A stretch of DNA of 64,000 nucleotides from assembly GCA_963716145.1 (NCBI GenBank), contig OY970292.1, positions 12,104-76,103 on the forward strand. The letters run 5' to 3'. How positions within the stretch are numbered: the stretch's first letter is position 1; every line of letters begins with the position of its first letter. This DNA comes from Candidatus Levyibacteriota bacterium (GTDB lineage Bacteria; Patescibacteriota; Microgenomatia; Levybacterales; UBA12049). The notes under the pieces were generated by a model. The model made no database searches and was not told the DNA's origin. It saw only the letters and a program-made list of their open reading frames with translations. The position numbers and the translations under genes were made by a program. Shown piece by piece: positions 27,676-38,521 of this stretch.

Positions 27676-28728
27676 ATGGAAATTTGGACCACTTTTACAC
27701 CTAGAAAAGTTTCATGGGAACTCACTTATGTTAAGACAAACGGAGAGAGTTCGAGCAGTAATTGGCAGGAAAATATCGGTTTGATAGATAATTCGCTTGA
27801 AAAATTAAAAGATTCAGGGATTGTTGGAATCAGACTTGTAATCTTTCCCTCAGAAATAACAAATGATGGTGAGTTATTTGATTGGAAACTTATTGAAAAT
27901 ATGCTGGATCTTTGCAGTAAGCATAAACTCAGGGTTGATTTATGTATCGGTCCTTTCCAGTACCCACATTATCCCGGAATTTATTTACCTTCGGAATTGT
28001 TAAAAATATTTTCGCCACGAGGTAAGCATATTGATAGTGATTTCGTATTTAAAGAATTCGGCACAAGATTTTTAAAAGCGCAAATACGGAAATTTGGAAA
28101 TGATAAAAGAATACATGGGTTTCATTTTGCCAACGAATGGCCTGATGAGCAGAATATTGAAGGTAAAAGAGGTTTGAGAATTGGAGTTTCCGAAAAATTT
28201 ATGCAAGACTCTGCACGTTTGTTAAAATCTCTGACAAAAAAACCGATACTGCTCAATACCAATATTGATGCACTCGACCACAGAAGAGTTATAAAAGTTT
28301 TCGGGGAAATATTGGAAATTTTAGCAAAACAGGTGAAATTGGGATTTGATATTTACCCTTCACAAAGCAAGTGGAAGAAAGTACCGTTACAAAAATTACG
28401 GAACAAAGTTTATGGTTATTCTAAATCTTTCAAATCCATGCAGAATAAATTCCCGGAATCTGAAATGTATTTTGCAGAAGTTGAAGCCCAACCATGGGGC
28501 GGTGGTCAATCCTGGTATCAGTTGATTAACGAAGAAACTAATCCAAAAGAAAAAATTCTGACTTATACCAAAAGCTCACTTAACGAAACATGGAGTAAAT
28601 ATATTGCAGGGACAAATTGCCAGGCATTAAGTCTTTGGGGGTCTGATTTCTGGCTATCTGCTGACATGATGGGAATTAAATGGCCTCTTGAGCAGGTCAG
28701 TTGCCTTCTGGATTCTTTACCGGACTGA
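27676..28728 (+). CDS. Putative GH-A clan glycoside hydrolase (TIM barrel)
   Basis: FANEW (acid/base), GFDIYP and AEVEAQPW (nucleophile-like) motifs. Confidence 0.6.
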   Translation: MEIWTTFTPRKVSWELTYVKTNGESSSSNWQENIGLIDNSLEKLKDSGIVGIRLVIFPSEITNDGELFDWKLIENMLDLCSKHKLRVDLCIGPFQYPHYPGIYLPSELLKIFSPRGKHIDSDFVFKEFGTRFLKAQIRKFGNDKRIHGFHFANEWPDEQNIEGKRGLRIGVSEKFMQDSARLLKSLTKKPILLNTNIDALDHRRVIKVFGEILEILAKQVKLGFDIYPSQSKWKKVPLQKLRNKVYGYSKSFKSMQNKFPESEMYFAEVEAQPWGGGQSWYQLINEETNPKEKILTYTKSSLNETWSKYIAGTNCQALSLWGSDFWLSADMMGIKWPLEQVSCLLDSLPD

Positions 28729-30363
28729 ATTTTGAGAATACCATTCGTTTTCTTTCAAGCTAATTGATTCTAGAATGGGTTTCATTTTCGCAAATATAGG
28801 ATGGTTTTGTTGAATAAGTAGATAAGCATTATGCTCGCTGAGATTATATGCTTGCCATGTTTGTTGTGACTTATGATATCTGTCATCAGTAGGTCGTAGA
28901 TTTGTGGCCAGAGCAAGATATTTGTTTTTATCGTTACCATATTTTCTCTCAATCCAGTATATTTTGTCGTTGAGCGCAAATAGGGCATACTTCAAATAAC
29001 TTGTTTTTCGGAAATCTTCCTCAGTCGGATTGGTTTTTTGGGACAGGTCTTTCCATGAATCTTCTGCTTTCTTTATAAACGGTATCCATGCAGGCGCAGC
29101 CTCAGGAGACAATCTCATTATATAGCCGTAATCAATCTCCTTATTTATAGTTGGTGGATAGCTGGCCGCAATATATGCGTCAATATGAAAGATATTGGTT
29201 GATAAAAACGCTACGATGGTAATCGTCAGCATTGCCCTGAAAAAATTATTTGTTTTCACCTTTTTAATTATTGATACAAAAAGAATAACCAAAACAAACG
29301 CCAACCAAAGCAGGAATATAATCCCAAAAATTCTGGATCTTGTTAATCCGTGGGCATCCGCATAAAGATACAAACGTTTACCAGCCGATAAAAGAAGCAG
29401 TTCTGTTTCAAAAGTTAAGGCAATCATGCCCCACTTTAAATACTGTTTATATTTTGTCCCCATCCCGTGAAAAAAGCGGAGAATATATGCCAGAATAATC
29501 CCCACGAATGAGGCGGCAAAGAGTAATTGAAAAAATCCTTGCCTCACGTATTCCGAATAAGTTTTTATATTTATTCCCAGTTGGTGTAATTCAGTCTCAG
29601 GAACTTGCAGAAAGAGAAAACGTGCCTGAATGAATAGAAAGACAGCAAATAAAACAGCGCTACTCAATGTAACAATAAGCGATTCAACGACCAGTGTGCG
29701 TTCAGAAATAGACGAGGGTGGCTTATCATCTTTTTCTCTATCCCTAACTATAGTATTTCCCCAAATAAGACAAACAACAAAAATTACTGTTGACACAAAA
29801 ACCTGATCACTAATCGAGAAGGATACTTTATTAAAAATGCTGCGGAAAATGGGATCAGCCCCCGAAAGCAGCAGAAACAAAATTGCAACAATAGGAAGGG
29901 AAATTAGTATACCTCTTAAAATAGCATTGTAAGTTACAGAATGATCACTCTTGCTTTGCTTTTGTTTGTAAATTGTGAAAAAATTTCCAATACTATTAAG
30001 GCTTTCGCCTAATGCTGCGAATGGTATAAAAATAAAAGAAAAAGCAGATGATGAAAATTCTTTCTCTCTCTTATACAAATATCCTGCTGCAATTGATAAG
30101 AAAATTGCCAATAGTAAATCAAAAAATTGGACAACTCCGTTTGTTCTCCAGCCGACACATGAGGCAAAAATTACGCTTAAGGTAGAGAGTAGAATAGCAA
30201 AATAAAGGTTCTTGGTTTTGGTATTTCTTACGGTAAAAAGATATAAATGGAAAATAAGAAAAAGAAGGCCAATGCTTATGCCGATAACTGTCGGGAAAAA
30301 TAGCAGATTGTAGATTCCTACGAAAATAAGAGAACCTAAAAGAGTTTTCTTCATGACTGGCAT
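28717..30363 (-). CDS. DUF4153/DUF4173 membrane protein
   Basis: LLSGADPIF, YSEYVRQGFFQL, RLYLY..HGLTRSR. Confidence 0.85.
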   Translation of the reverse strand: MPVMKKTLLGSLIFVGIYNLLFFPTVIGISIGLLFLIFHLYLFTVRNTKTKNLYFAILLSTLSVIFASCVGWRTNGVVQFFDLLLAIFLSIAAGYLYKREKEFSSSAFSFIFIPFAALGESLNSIGNFFTIYKQKQSKSDHSVTYNAILRGILISLPIVAILFLLLSGADPIFRSIFNKVSFSISDQVFVSTVIFVVCLIWGNTIVRDREKDDKPPSSISERTLVVESLIVTLSSAVLFAVFLFIQARFLFLQVPETELHQLGINIKTYSEYVRQGFFQLLFAASFVGIILAYILRFFHGMGTKYKQYLKWGMIALTFETELLLLSAGKRLYLYADAHGLTRSRIFGIIFLLWLAFVLVILFVSIIKKVKTNNFFRAMLTITIVAFLSTNIFHIDAYIAASYPPTINKEIDYGYIMRLSPEAAPAWIPFIKKAEDSWKDLSQKTNPTEEDFRKTSYLKYALFALNDKIYWIERKYGNDKNKYLALATNLRPTDDRYHKSQQTWQAYNLSEHNAYLLIQQNHPIFAKMKPILESISLKENEWYSQNSVR

Positions 30364-30402
30364 TAGAAACTATAACACATTAAGAATTTTCAATCAAACA
30401 TT

Positions 30403-31383
30403 CTATTTCGTAAAATAATCGTAAACTGATTTTGAGATAACTGCAATTTTTTCATTTGTTTCAGCAGGGCGGGAAGTATCGGTTAAGATAACAATTACGT
30501 AATCCCCTTTGGGGGTATAGATAATGCCGACATCATGAGAGAGCCTACCTAGCTCACCGGTTTTATGGGAAATTACAGCATTTATGGGTAAGTATTTAGG
30601 AATTTTACCGTTAAGTTTTTGGTTTTTAAGCAAAGTCAGCATGTCCTGAGTTAATGACTTGTCTGCAAATTCTCCAAGGTACAATTTTTCCAAAAATAAA
30701 GTTAAATCATGGGCACTGCTTGCCGGAGTTTCTCCTTTGGTGCCAACGCGGGATTCTGTTAGTCCGCTTTGTGATAAGAATAGAGCAACTTGAGACAATC
30801 TTATTTTTTCAGCAAGAAGAAGTGCTGAATAGTTATCGGAAATTGTTATCATACGAGTTAAAGCGCTTTGTACAGGAAGTGTAATATTGCCTTCGGTTAA
30901 CTCAGCTGATTCACTGGAGATTCCAAATTTATCATTTAGCACTTCAATTTTTTGACTTAGAATATCCCCTTTATTCAAATCTCCGGCCTGAATTTTTTGA
31001 AAAGCTGTTACCATCACAAAGAGTTTATAAAGACTCGCAGTGTCAAAAATCTTATGCTCATTAAAATAATAACGCTCTTTTGTTTTCAAGTTTTTTATCG
31101 ATACTGCGTAATCTCCCTGAGTATTTGTCAGTTCTTTTTGGACTATACGCTCAAGATTTTCGCTGTTTTTATCAGGATTGAAAAGCGCTGTTCCTGTATC
31201 AATAATCTCTTTTGCGATCGGGCTAATAACCTCGACTACTTCTTTTTTATCCACAAAAAATGTTTTTGCAATTATAAATAGAAACAAGGAGAGCAACAAT
31301 AAAAAAAACAAAACAGGCCAAAGCTCTCTTTTTTTAGGAGTATTGTATTCCTGAAATTTGGAGTAGTCGGTTAATCCTGCCAT
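30403..31383 (-). CDS. Class A beta-lactamase-related serine hydrolase
   Basis: ASLYK, SDN, HKTG and HDVG motifs; N-terminal TM. Confidence 0.85.
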   Translation of the reverse strand: MAGLTDYSKFQEYNTPKKRELWPVLFFLLLLSLFLFIIAKTFFVDKKEVVEVISPIAKEIIDTGTALFNPDKNSENLERIVQKELTNTQGDYAVSIKNLKTKERYYFNEHKIFDTASLYKLFVMVTAFQKIQAGDLNKGDILSQKIEVLNDKFGISSESAELTEGNITLPVQSALTRMITISDNYSALLLAEKIRLSQVALFLSQSGLTESRVGTKGETPASSAHDLTLFLEKLYLGEFADKSLTQDMLTLLKNQKLNGKIPKYLPINAVISHKTGELGRLSHDVGIIYTPKGDYVIVILTDTSRPAETNEKIAVISKSVYDYFTK

Positions 31384-31389
31384 CAGATA

Positions 31390-32436
<1,047 letters not shown>

Positions 32437-32441
32437 AATTC

Positions 32442-33578
32442 TTATTTTAATTTAGCAGGATTAATTCTAATTATTTTATCATCTCCATTTTGAGGAGAGC
32501 CCCGCCCATCCTTGTTGCTGGTAGTGACGTAAAGCATTCCATCAGGTCCAGAGATTACTTCGCGGATTCTTCCAAATTCGTTTGAAAAATGCTCTTTAAA
32601 ATTAGTAACATTGTTGTTTTCAATTATAGCTTCATACAAAGTTTGGCCCTTAAGTCCGGCAAATAATAGTGAATTACCAACAAGAGCTGCTCCGGCCGGA
32701 GCCCAGGTAGTTGCCGGGCCGGAATTTATTTTTGGGGTTTCCATCCCAGCTTTTTTTTCACCGCCTTGAATAGTTGGCCAGCCATAATTTTTACCTTTTT
32801 CAATAAGGTTTATTTCATCCAGTCCGGTTGGAGCAGATCGCCCATGCTCTGTTGACCACAAGTTGCCGTTATTATCCCAGGCAATTCCTTGGGGATTGCG
32901 GTGACCATATGAATAAGTTAAGTTATTAAACGGATTATCGGCAACTGTTTTCCCTTCATCCGTGACTCTCAATATTTTACCCGCTAGGGAATTTCGGTCC
33001 TGAGCTCGGGACGGTTCTTGTGCGTCTCCTGTTGTAATGTATAGATTTCTATCCGGACCAAATTTAATCCGCCCGCCATTATGATTTGAAGCCCCGGGAA
33101 TCTTATCGACCATGATTTGTTCATCAATTAATGATTTATTAGAGTAAGTCATTCGCACAACCCGGTTAAGCGTATTGTCATTGTTACTGCTGTATGTATA
33201 GTAAAGATAAACATAGTTGTTAGATGAAAAGTCAGGATGAAGAGTAATTCCCAACAGTCCTCCTTCACCTATTTCTGTGACGTTTTCAATATTTGTGAGC
33301 TCTGTTATATTGCCATTCGCTCCTACTAGTTTCACGCTGCCCTGCCGTTCGGTAACAAGCATACTTTTGTCAGGCAGAAATGCGATCGCCCAAGGGGTAT
33401 CAAGATTTTCTGCAACGATAGAGACTTCCGGAATATCTGTTTGATTTTGTTGGGTACTGATATCACCTGCCAACGGTGTAGAAACGCGGGTTTTATTTTG
33501 AGTTTTCGTTTGGTTATTTCCAAAAATGAATATACCGGAAAGCAAAAGGATGATAAAAATTAATATTATCTTTTTCAT
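32442..33578 (-). CDS. PQQ-dependent sugar dehydrogenase (GSDH family)
   Basis: GEGGLLGI, HNGGRIKFGPD, GHRNPQG, NYGWP. Confidence 0.9.
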   Translation of the reverse strand: MKKIILIFIILLLSGIFIFGNNQTKTQNKTRVSTPLAGDISTQQNQTDIPEVSIVAENLDTPWAIAFLPDKSMLVTERQGSVKLVGANGNITELTNIENVTEIGEGGLLGITLHPDFSSNNYVYLYYTYSSNNDNTLNRVVRMTYSNKSLIDEQIMVDKIPGASNHNGGRIKFGPDRNLYITTGDAQEPSRAQDRNSLAGKILRVTDEGKTVADNPFNNLTYSYGHRNPQGIAWDNNGNLWSTEHGRSAPTGLDEINLIEKGKNYGWPTIQGGEKKAGMETPKINSGPATTWAPAGAALVGNSLLFAGLKGQTLYEAIIENNNVTNFKEHFSNEFGRIREVISGPDGMLYVTTSNKDGRGSPQNGDDKIIRINPAKLK

Positions 33579-33621
33579 GCGTTTTGTCCTATTCTATCAC
33601 ATTAAAGCAATCTATTTGAGG

Positions 33622-34107
33622 CTAGGAGATTTTGGTGATTGTGTATTTAAATTCTCCTGTGGGAGTTGAGATCGCCACCTCTGAGTTTAAGGATTTTCCC
33701 ATTATTGCTTTTCCAACAGGCGAGAGTAAGGATAATTTTCCTTCAGAAGGTTGAGCCTCTAAGTCTCCGACTATCTGATAAGTTTTTTCTTTTTTCCCAT
33801 CAGATAAGGTTACTTTACTTCCTATATAAACAGTATCAATTGGTAATTTCGTTCCGTCCGCGTCAATAATATCCGCTCTTTTTAAGTAATCTGAAAACCT
33901 CCTAAGTCTCCCGTCAATAAAATTCAGTTTAAATTTGGATTCTTTATAATACCCATTCTCTGAAAGATCTCCCATCTCACGAGCTTTTTTCAGATCCGCA
34001 ACCGCAAGCGGACGCTGTCTAAGAAGATCTTTATATTCTTCTTTCAACTTTTCATAACCTTCTTTGGTAAAACGGATTTTATTAATAGTTATATTTCTGC
34101 TTTGCAT
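33622..34107 (-). CDS. greA: Transcription elongation factor GreA/GreB
   Basis: TKEGYEKL, GDLSEN, SPVGKAIMG. Confidence 0.85.
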   Translation of the reverse strand: MQSRNITINKIRFTKEGYEKLKEEYKDLLRQRPLAVADLKKAREMGDLSENGYYKESKFKLNFIDGRLRRFSDYLKRADIIDADGTKLPIDTVYIGSKVTLSDGKKEKTYQIVGDLEAQPSEGKLSLLSPVGKAIMGKSLNSEVAISTPTGEFKYTITKIS

Positions 34108-34146
34108 CTGATTATTGGTTGATTATAGCATGGTATAATTATATTT

Positions 34147-34752
34147 ATGATTAAAGCTGGTATTTTTGATGTAGGAGGGGTTTTGCTAACAAATGAAACT
34201 GCATTTATTTATGAGGATATTATTAAAACTCTAGCCATCACTCCTCAATTGCTAAAGAATGGCTTAAATCAGGTACTCGGATCATTTATGAAGGGTGAAG
34301 TGACGGAGGAGGAGTTCTGGAGAAATTTTATTGATTACACTAAGGCGTCAGGAAAAATTCCCGTAAAATCACTCTATGGAAGAGAATACGAAAGAAGATT
34401 CAAAAAGAATGAAAATGTTCTTTCGTTAATCAATAAAATAAAAACAGCCGGATACAAACTCGCTGTACTCTCAGATACAATAACACCGCACGTTGAATTT
34501 AATAGGAAAAATGTAATTTATGATAATTTTGATGTTGAAGTTCTTTCAAACAAAGTGGGAATGATAAAACCAGATCCGAAAATTTTTATTTACACACTGG
34601 AAAAATTAAAAGTAGAACCTGGAGAAGCTTTTTTTGTCGATGACGTGGAAATAAATGTGAATGCAGCAAATTCTCTGGGAATTCATGGGATTAAATATGG
34701 GAATTATGATAAATTGGAGAAAGATTTAAATAATCTGAGAATTAAATTTTAA
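34147..34752 (+). CDS. HAD family phosphatase
   Basis: FDVGGVL, KPDPKIF, FVDD. Confidence 0.9.
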   Translation: MIKAGIFDVGGVLLTNETAFIYEDIIKTLAITPQLLKNGLNQVLGSFMKGEVTEEEFWRNFIDYTKASGKIPVKSLYGREYERRFKKNENVLSLINKIKTAGYKLAVLSDTITPHVEFNRKNVIYDNFDVEVLSNKVGMIKPDPKIFIYTLEKLKVEPGEAFFVDDVEINVNAANSLGIHGIKYGNYDKLEKDLNNLRIKF

Positions 34753-36436
34753 TATCCTTTATCTTCAGCTGCAGTTTGGTGTTGCCGTTCCAGGTGTTGT
34801 TATCAATAGTATAAGCAATAGATATTTTATCACCCGTTTTAAGTTTGATAGCATGTTCTGAAAGTCCAAAACCGATAGCGTCAATTGTTTGGGAATCTGA
34901 TTGTTCGAGCACAAGTTTTAAATGACTTTTATCTTTTCCAAGAAGTTTGAAATCCTTAACTTCAACATCGTGACTTACAAATGTGGGCTCGGGATTTCCC
35001 ATGCCAAAAGGCGACAGCGCTTGTAGGTCATTATACAATTCTGGATTGATTGTAGAAATAGGCAGCTCGCAATCTACTTTCAATTTCCTTTCCAACATTT
35101 CAGTTGTCAAAAGCTGCGCAGCTGAATCTTCAAGTAATTTTTGAAGTTTGGCAAGATTTTCTGTGGCGACACTAAAGCCTGCTGCCATAGGATGACCGCC
35201 AACGTTTATAAATTCACTAGTATGAAGCCTTAGAAATTCGATTAGATTAAATCCACTTACTGATCTTGCTGATGCTTTACTCATTCCCCCCCCAATTGAA
35301 ATAACAATTGCCGGTTTATAATACTCTTCAACCAGTTTTCCGGCAACAAGGCCTATCACTCCCTGCTGATAGGATTCGTGAGCAACAAACAACAAACTTT
35401 GAACTTTGAACTTCGCGTCCTGAGCTTGCCGAATGGATGAACTTTGAACTGTTTGGATTGCGTGTTCGGTTGCTTCACGCAAAACCAACTGCCGTTCTTT
35501 ATTGATCAATTCCAGTTTTTCAGCTAAGGCTTTTGCTCTTTTCGGATCTGTTGTACACAAAAGTCTGAGGCTATCCATTCCGGATTCTATCCTGCCTGCT
35601 GCGTTTAGGCGCGGGGCAATAATATATCCAACCTCATAGGGCGTAAATTCTTCTTTTTCCAATCCTGCTTGTTTGAATAATTCCTGAAGTCCAAGCCTTT
35701 TTGTTTTGCAAATTTTTGACAGTCCGTGTTTGACAATAGTTCTGTTGGCATTCGTTAGCGGTACCATATCGGCGATTGTACCCAGAGCTGCCAGCTCCAG
35801 ATGACTATCGTCATCAACTTTGAACTTTGAACTTTGAACTTTGAACTCCTTCGCAAGAAGATAGGCAACCCCTGCCCCGCAGAGTTTGGTTGTGTGAACT
35901 ATAGCGTGAGCCTTGGGTAAAGTATCTGAGGGGACATGGTGGTCTGTGATGATCACATCAATCCCCTGCGCGTTTGCAAAGTCTATTGCTTCATTCGCGA
36001 CGATTCCATTATCATCAGTAATTATTAGCTTTGTATTTGGAATTTGTAATTGGATATTTGAAATTCCTTTCACAGAAAGGCCGTAGCCTTCTTCAATTCT
36101 ATGGGGAATATGAGGAAGTATTTTTGCACCTAGCGTATGGAGTGTCTCCCAAATAATTGCTGCTCCAGTTATTCCATCTACATCATAATCACCAAAAACC
36201 ACTATTTGCTCCTGGTTTTTGATTGCTTTCTGAATTCTTTTGACTGCTTTTGCAAGCTGTTTTTTGTCAATCCCGACACTTTCAACAGTTACAGTATCAA
36301 GCTTGGGATTAAGAAAACTTTCCTTCTCTTTTTTGTTTTTAATTCCGCGGTTATCAAGAAGTAAATCAATAAGCTGTTCGTTTTTGATTTTTGATTTTTG
36401 ATTTTTGATTTTATTTACGATATTCCATGTTTTCAT
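34742..36436 (-). CDS. recJ: ssDNA exonuclease RecJ
   Basis: GDYDVDG, TDHH, PRLNAAGR, GGHPMAAG, PFGMGNPEP. Confidence 0.95.
   Translation of the reverse strand: MKTWNIVNKIKNQKSKIKNEQLIDLLLDNRGIKNKKEKESFLNPKLDTVTVESVGIDKKQLAKAVKRIQKAIKNQEQIVVFGDYDVDGITGAAIIWETLHTLGAKILPHIPHRIEEGYGLSVKGISNIQLQIPNTKLIITDDNGIVANEAIDFANAQGIDVIITDHHVPSDTLPKAHAIVHTTKLCGAGVAYLLAKEFKVQSSKFKVDDDSHLELAALGTIADMVPLTNANRTIVKHGLSKICKTKRLGLQELFKQAGLEKEEFTPYEVGYIIAPRLNAAGRIESGMDSLRLLCTTDPKRAKALAEKLELINKERQLVLREATEHAIQTVQSSSIRQAQDAKFKVQSLLFVAHESYQQGVIGLVAGKLVEEYYKPAIVISIGGGMSKASARSVSGFNLIEFLRLHTSEFINVGGHPMAAGFSVATENLAKLQKLLEDSAAQLLTTEMLERKLKVDCELPISTINPELYNDLQALSPFGMGNPEPTFVSHDVEVKDFKLLGKDKSHLKLVLEQSDSQTIDAIGFGLSEHAIKLKTGDKISIAYTIDNNTWNGNTKLQLKIKDIKI
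35395..35450 (-). repeat. (AACTTTG)x4 tract with a 24-bp hairpin inserted at 35414-35437, in frame in recJ
   Basis: Removing cgcgtcctgagcttgccgaatgga restores the perfect heptamer run. Confidence 0.85.
35816..35847 (-). repeat. (AACTTTG)x4 in recJ
   Basis: Encodes FKVQSSKFKV. Confidence 0.85.
36381..36412 (-). repeat. (TTTTTGA)x4 in recJ 5' end
   Basis: Encodes KIKNQKSKIKN. Confidence 0.85.
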
Positions 36437-36482
36437 ATTTTGTTGCTATACTATAGCAGACCCGCCAAAGGCGAGGCAAGGA

Positions 36483-37856
36483 ATGATTGATAAAATACCA
36501 CCTCACATTCTGGAGATTGTTAAAAAGTTTGAAAAAGCCGAATTTGAAATTTATCTAGTCGGTGGATCAGTGCGGGATTTACTTAGTAAGCGGGTTGTCA
36601 CTGATTGGGATTTGACTACCAATGCACAGCCTTCGGAAATGCTCAAGCTTTTTCCTGATTCTGTTTATGAAAATACCTTTGGAACTGTTGGGATTAAAGT
36701 TGAAGAGCTTGCGGAAACGGAACACAAAGGAATAGTTGAGGTAACAACATATAGAACAGAGAAAGGTTACTCAGACCGCAGGCATCCGGAAAAAGTAGAA
36801 TGGGGAAAAACAGTTGAAGAGGATCTTGGAAGACGCGATTTTACGGTGAATGCAATGGCATTGAAAATTTCAAATTTCAAATTTCAAATTTCAAATGACT
36901 TGATAGATCCCTTTGATGGGCAGACTGATTTGAAGAATAAAATCATACGGGCTGTGGGGGATCCGGCTAAGAGGTTTAAGGAAGATGCTCTCCGGCTTAT
37001 GCGGGCGATCCGGTTTGCTTCGCAGCTTGGTTTTTCGATTGAAGAAAATACGTTAAAAGAAATTGCAGCTGATGCGTCTCTGCTTTCGGAAATTGCCAAA
37101 GAGCGTGTGCGGGATGAGCTGCTAAAAATTCTCGCAAGCGATTTTCCATATGAGGGAATAATACTTTTGAAGAACACAGGTTTGATGCAGCAAATTATTC
37201 CTGAACTAATTGAAGGAATTGGGATTTCGCAGTCCCGTCCGGGCAGGCATCATACAGAGGATGTATTTACTCACAATGTTTTGTCGCTCAAATTCACTCC
37301 GTCTACTGACCCGATTGTGCGCTTCGCGACTCTGATTCACGATATTGGTAAGCCGCGCGTTGAAAGTACGGACGATGCTGATTTGGTGATATTTCACAAT
37401 CATGAAATTGCTGGAGCCAGGATTGCCCGGGATTTGGCAGACCGTTTGCGCTTTTCAAAAAAAGAGCAGGAAAAGATAGTAAAACTCGTCAGATGGCACA
37501 TGTTCACAGTGGACGAACGCATTACTGATAGCGCGGTCAGGCGGTTTATCCGGAGAGTTGGCGTTGAGAATGTCAAAGACATGATGGATTTGAGAGTTGG
37601 TGATCGGCTTGGCGGTGGAACTCAGACTGCTGAGTCATGGAGGTTAAAACTTTTTAAAAATAGGCTTGAAGAGCAGCTCGCCCCGGCCCTTTTCTCGATA
37701 AATGATCTGGCAATTGATGGGAATGATATTATGAAAGAGCTGAAAATGAAGCCCGGCCCGGAGATTGGGAAGATTTTGCAAAAGTTGTTTGAAGAAGTGG
37801 ATGAGGATTTGGAGAAGAATAATAGGGAGTATTTGTTGAAGAGAATTAAGTCTTGA
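36483..37856 (+). CDS. cca: CCA tRNA nucleotidyltransferase with HD domain
   Basis: LVGGSVRD..DWDLTT, DLGRRDFTVNAMA, EDALRLMRA, HDIGKP. Confidence 0.9.
   Translation: MIDKIPPHILEIVKKFEKAEFEIYLVGGSVRDLLSKRVVTDWDLTTNAQPSEMLKLFPDSVYENTFGTVGIKVEELAETEHKGIVEVTTYRTEKGYSDRRHPEKVEWGKTVEEDLGRRDFTVNAMALKISNFKFQISNDLIDPFDGQTDLKNKIIRAVGDPAKRFKEDALRLMRAIRFASQLGFSIEENTLKEIAADASLLSEIAKERVRDELLKILASDFPYEGIILLKNTGLMQQIIPELIEGIGISQSRPGRHHTEDVFTHNVLSLKFTPSTDPIVRFATLIHDIGKPRVESTDDADLVIFHNHEIAGARIARDLADRLRFSKKEQEKIVKLVRWHMFTVDERITDSAVRRFIRRVGVENVKDMMDLRVGDRLGGGTQTAESWRLKLFKNRLEEQLAPALFSINDLAIDGNDIMKELKMKPGPEIGKILQKLFEEVDEDLEKNNREYLLKRIKS
36865..36896 (+). repeat. (AAATTTC)x4 in cca
   Basis: Encodes ISNFKFQISN in the loop after NAMA. 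Confidence 0.85.
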
Positions 37857-37869
37857 GGAGCATTGCGGT

Positions 37870-38397
37870 TTATTCTTTATGGCCGGGATTACGACCAGCT
37901 GCGGCAAGGGGATGTTTATCTACGATTTTCCCCGCCTTAGTATCTACATGTTTTAATCTAGCTGCCGCTATGTGTTCACCAAAAAGTGCTGCGCCTTTGA
38001 CCAGGTGTGTTTTAACTCCTCTATACAAAGGTTTGGCTGCGACCGAAGTCGCCAGCGTTGCTGCTTCAGCATAAGCAACACTGCGATTACCATTAGACCA
38101 TTCAGTAGCTGCTTTTTCTACAGCCCAATATCCTGATCTACCGGTTGCGACTACACCTGTTGCAAGCGCAGCTGATTTGATTGCATATATTATGTTCATG
38201 TCTTTTAGCGTTTTTGTTGAGTGAGTTCTTACTCTCTTAGCTCTTCTGAGGGCCTTACTAGCTTTTCTCTCATGGTTCAGAGGTGGAGTAACAGTCATAC
38301 TGACTCCATCGTCAGTTGGCGCAATATCTACGCTCGGCCACCTTGCTTTTATTCTATTTCCTACCTGAGTTCCCAGTGTTTCACGATCTCCACTCAT
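37870..38397 (-). CDS. Hypothetical protein
   Basis: 175-aa ATG ORF, Ala/Arg/Lys-rich, no recognisable motif. Confidence 0.6.
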   Translation of the reverse strand: MSGDRETLGTQVGNRIKARWPSVDIAPTDDGVSMTVTPPLNHERKASKALRRAKRVRTHSTKTLKDMNIIYAIKSAALATGVVATGRSGYWAVEKAATEWSNGNRSVAYAEAATLATSVAAKPLYRGVKTHLVKGAALFGEHIAAARLKHVDTKAGKIVDKHPLAAAGRNPGHKE

Positions 38398-38521
38398 ATC
38401 TGGATATTACTATATCTGGATATATAAATCAAGAGGGGTTGGGCATGAGCGGGGTTTGGTAAATAATAGTGGACTTGCTTGATGCTATCAAAAAATGAAA
38501 TAATAAAGCTAACTGAAAATT

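Noticed and set aside
30403-31383. Bona fide antibiotic-resistance beta-lactamase
   Set aside because: Membrane-anchored class A-like serine hydrolases are common in CPR; motifs alone do not establish resistance
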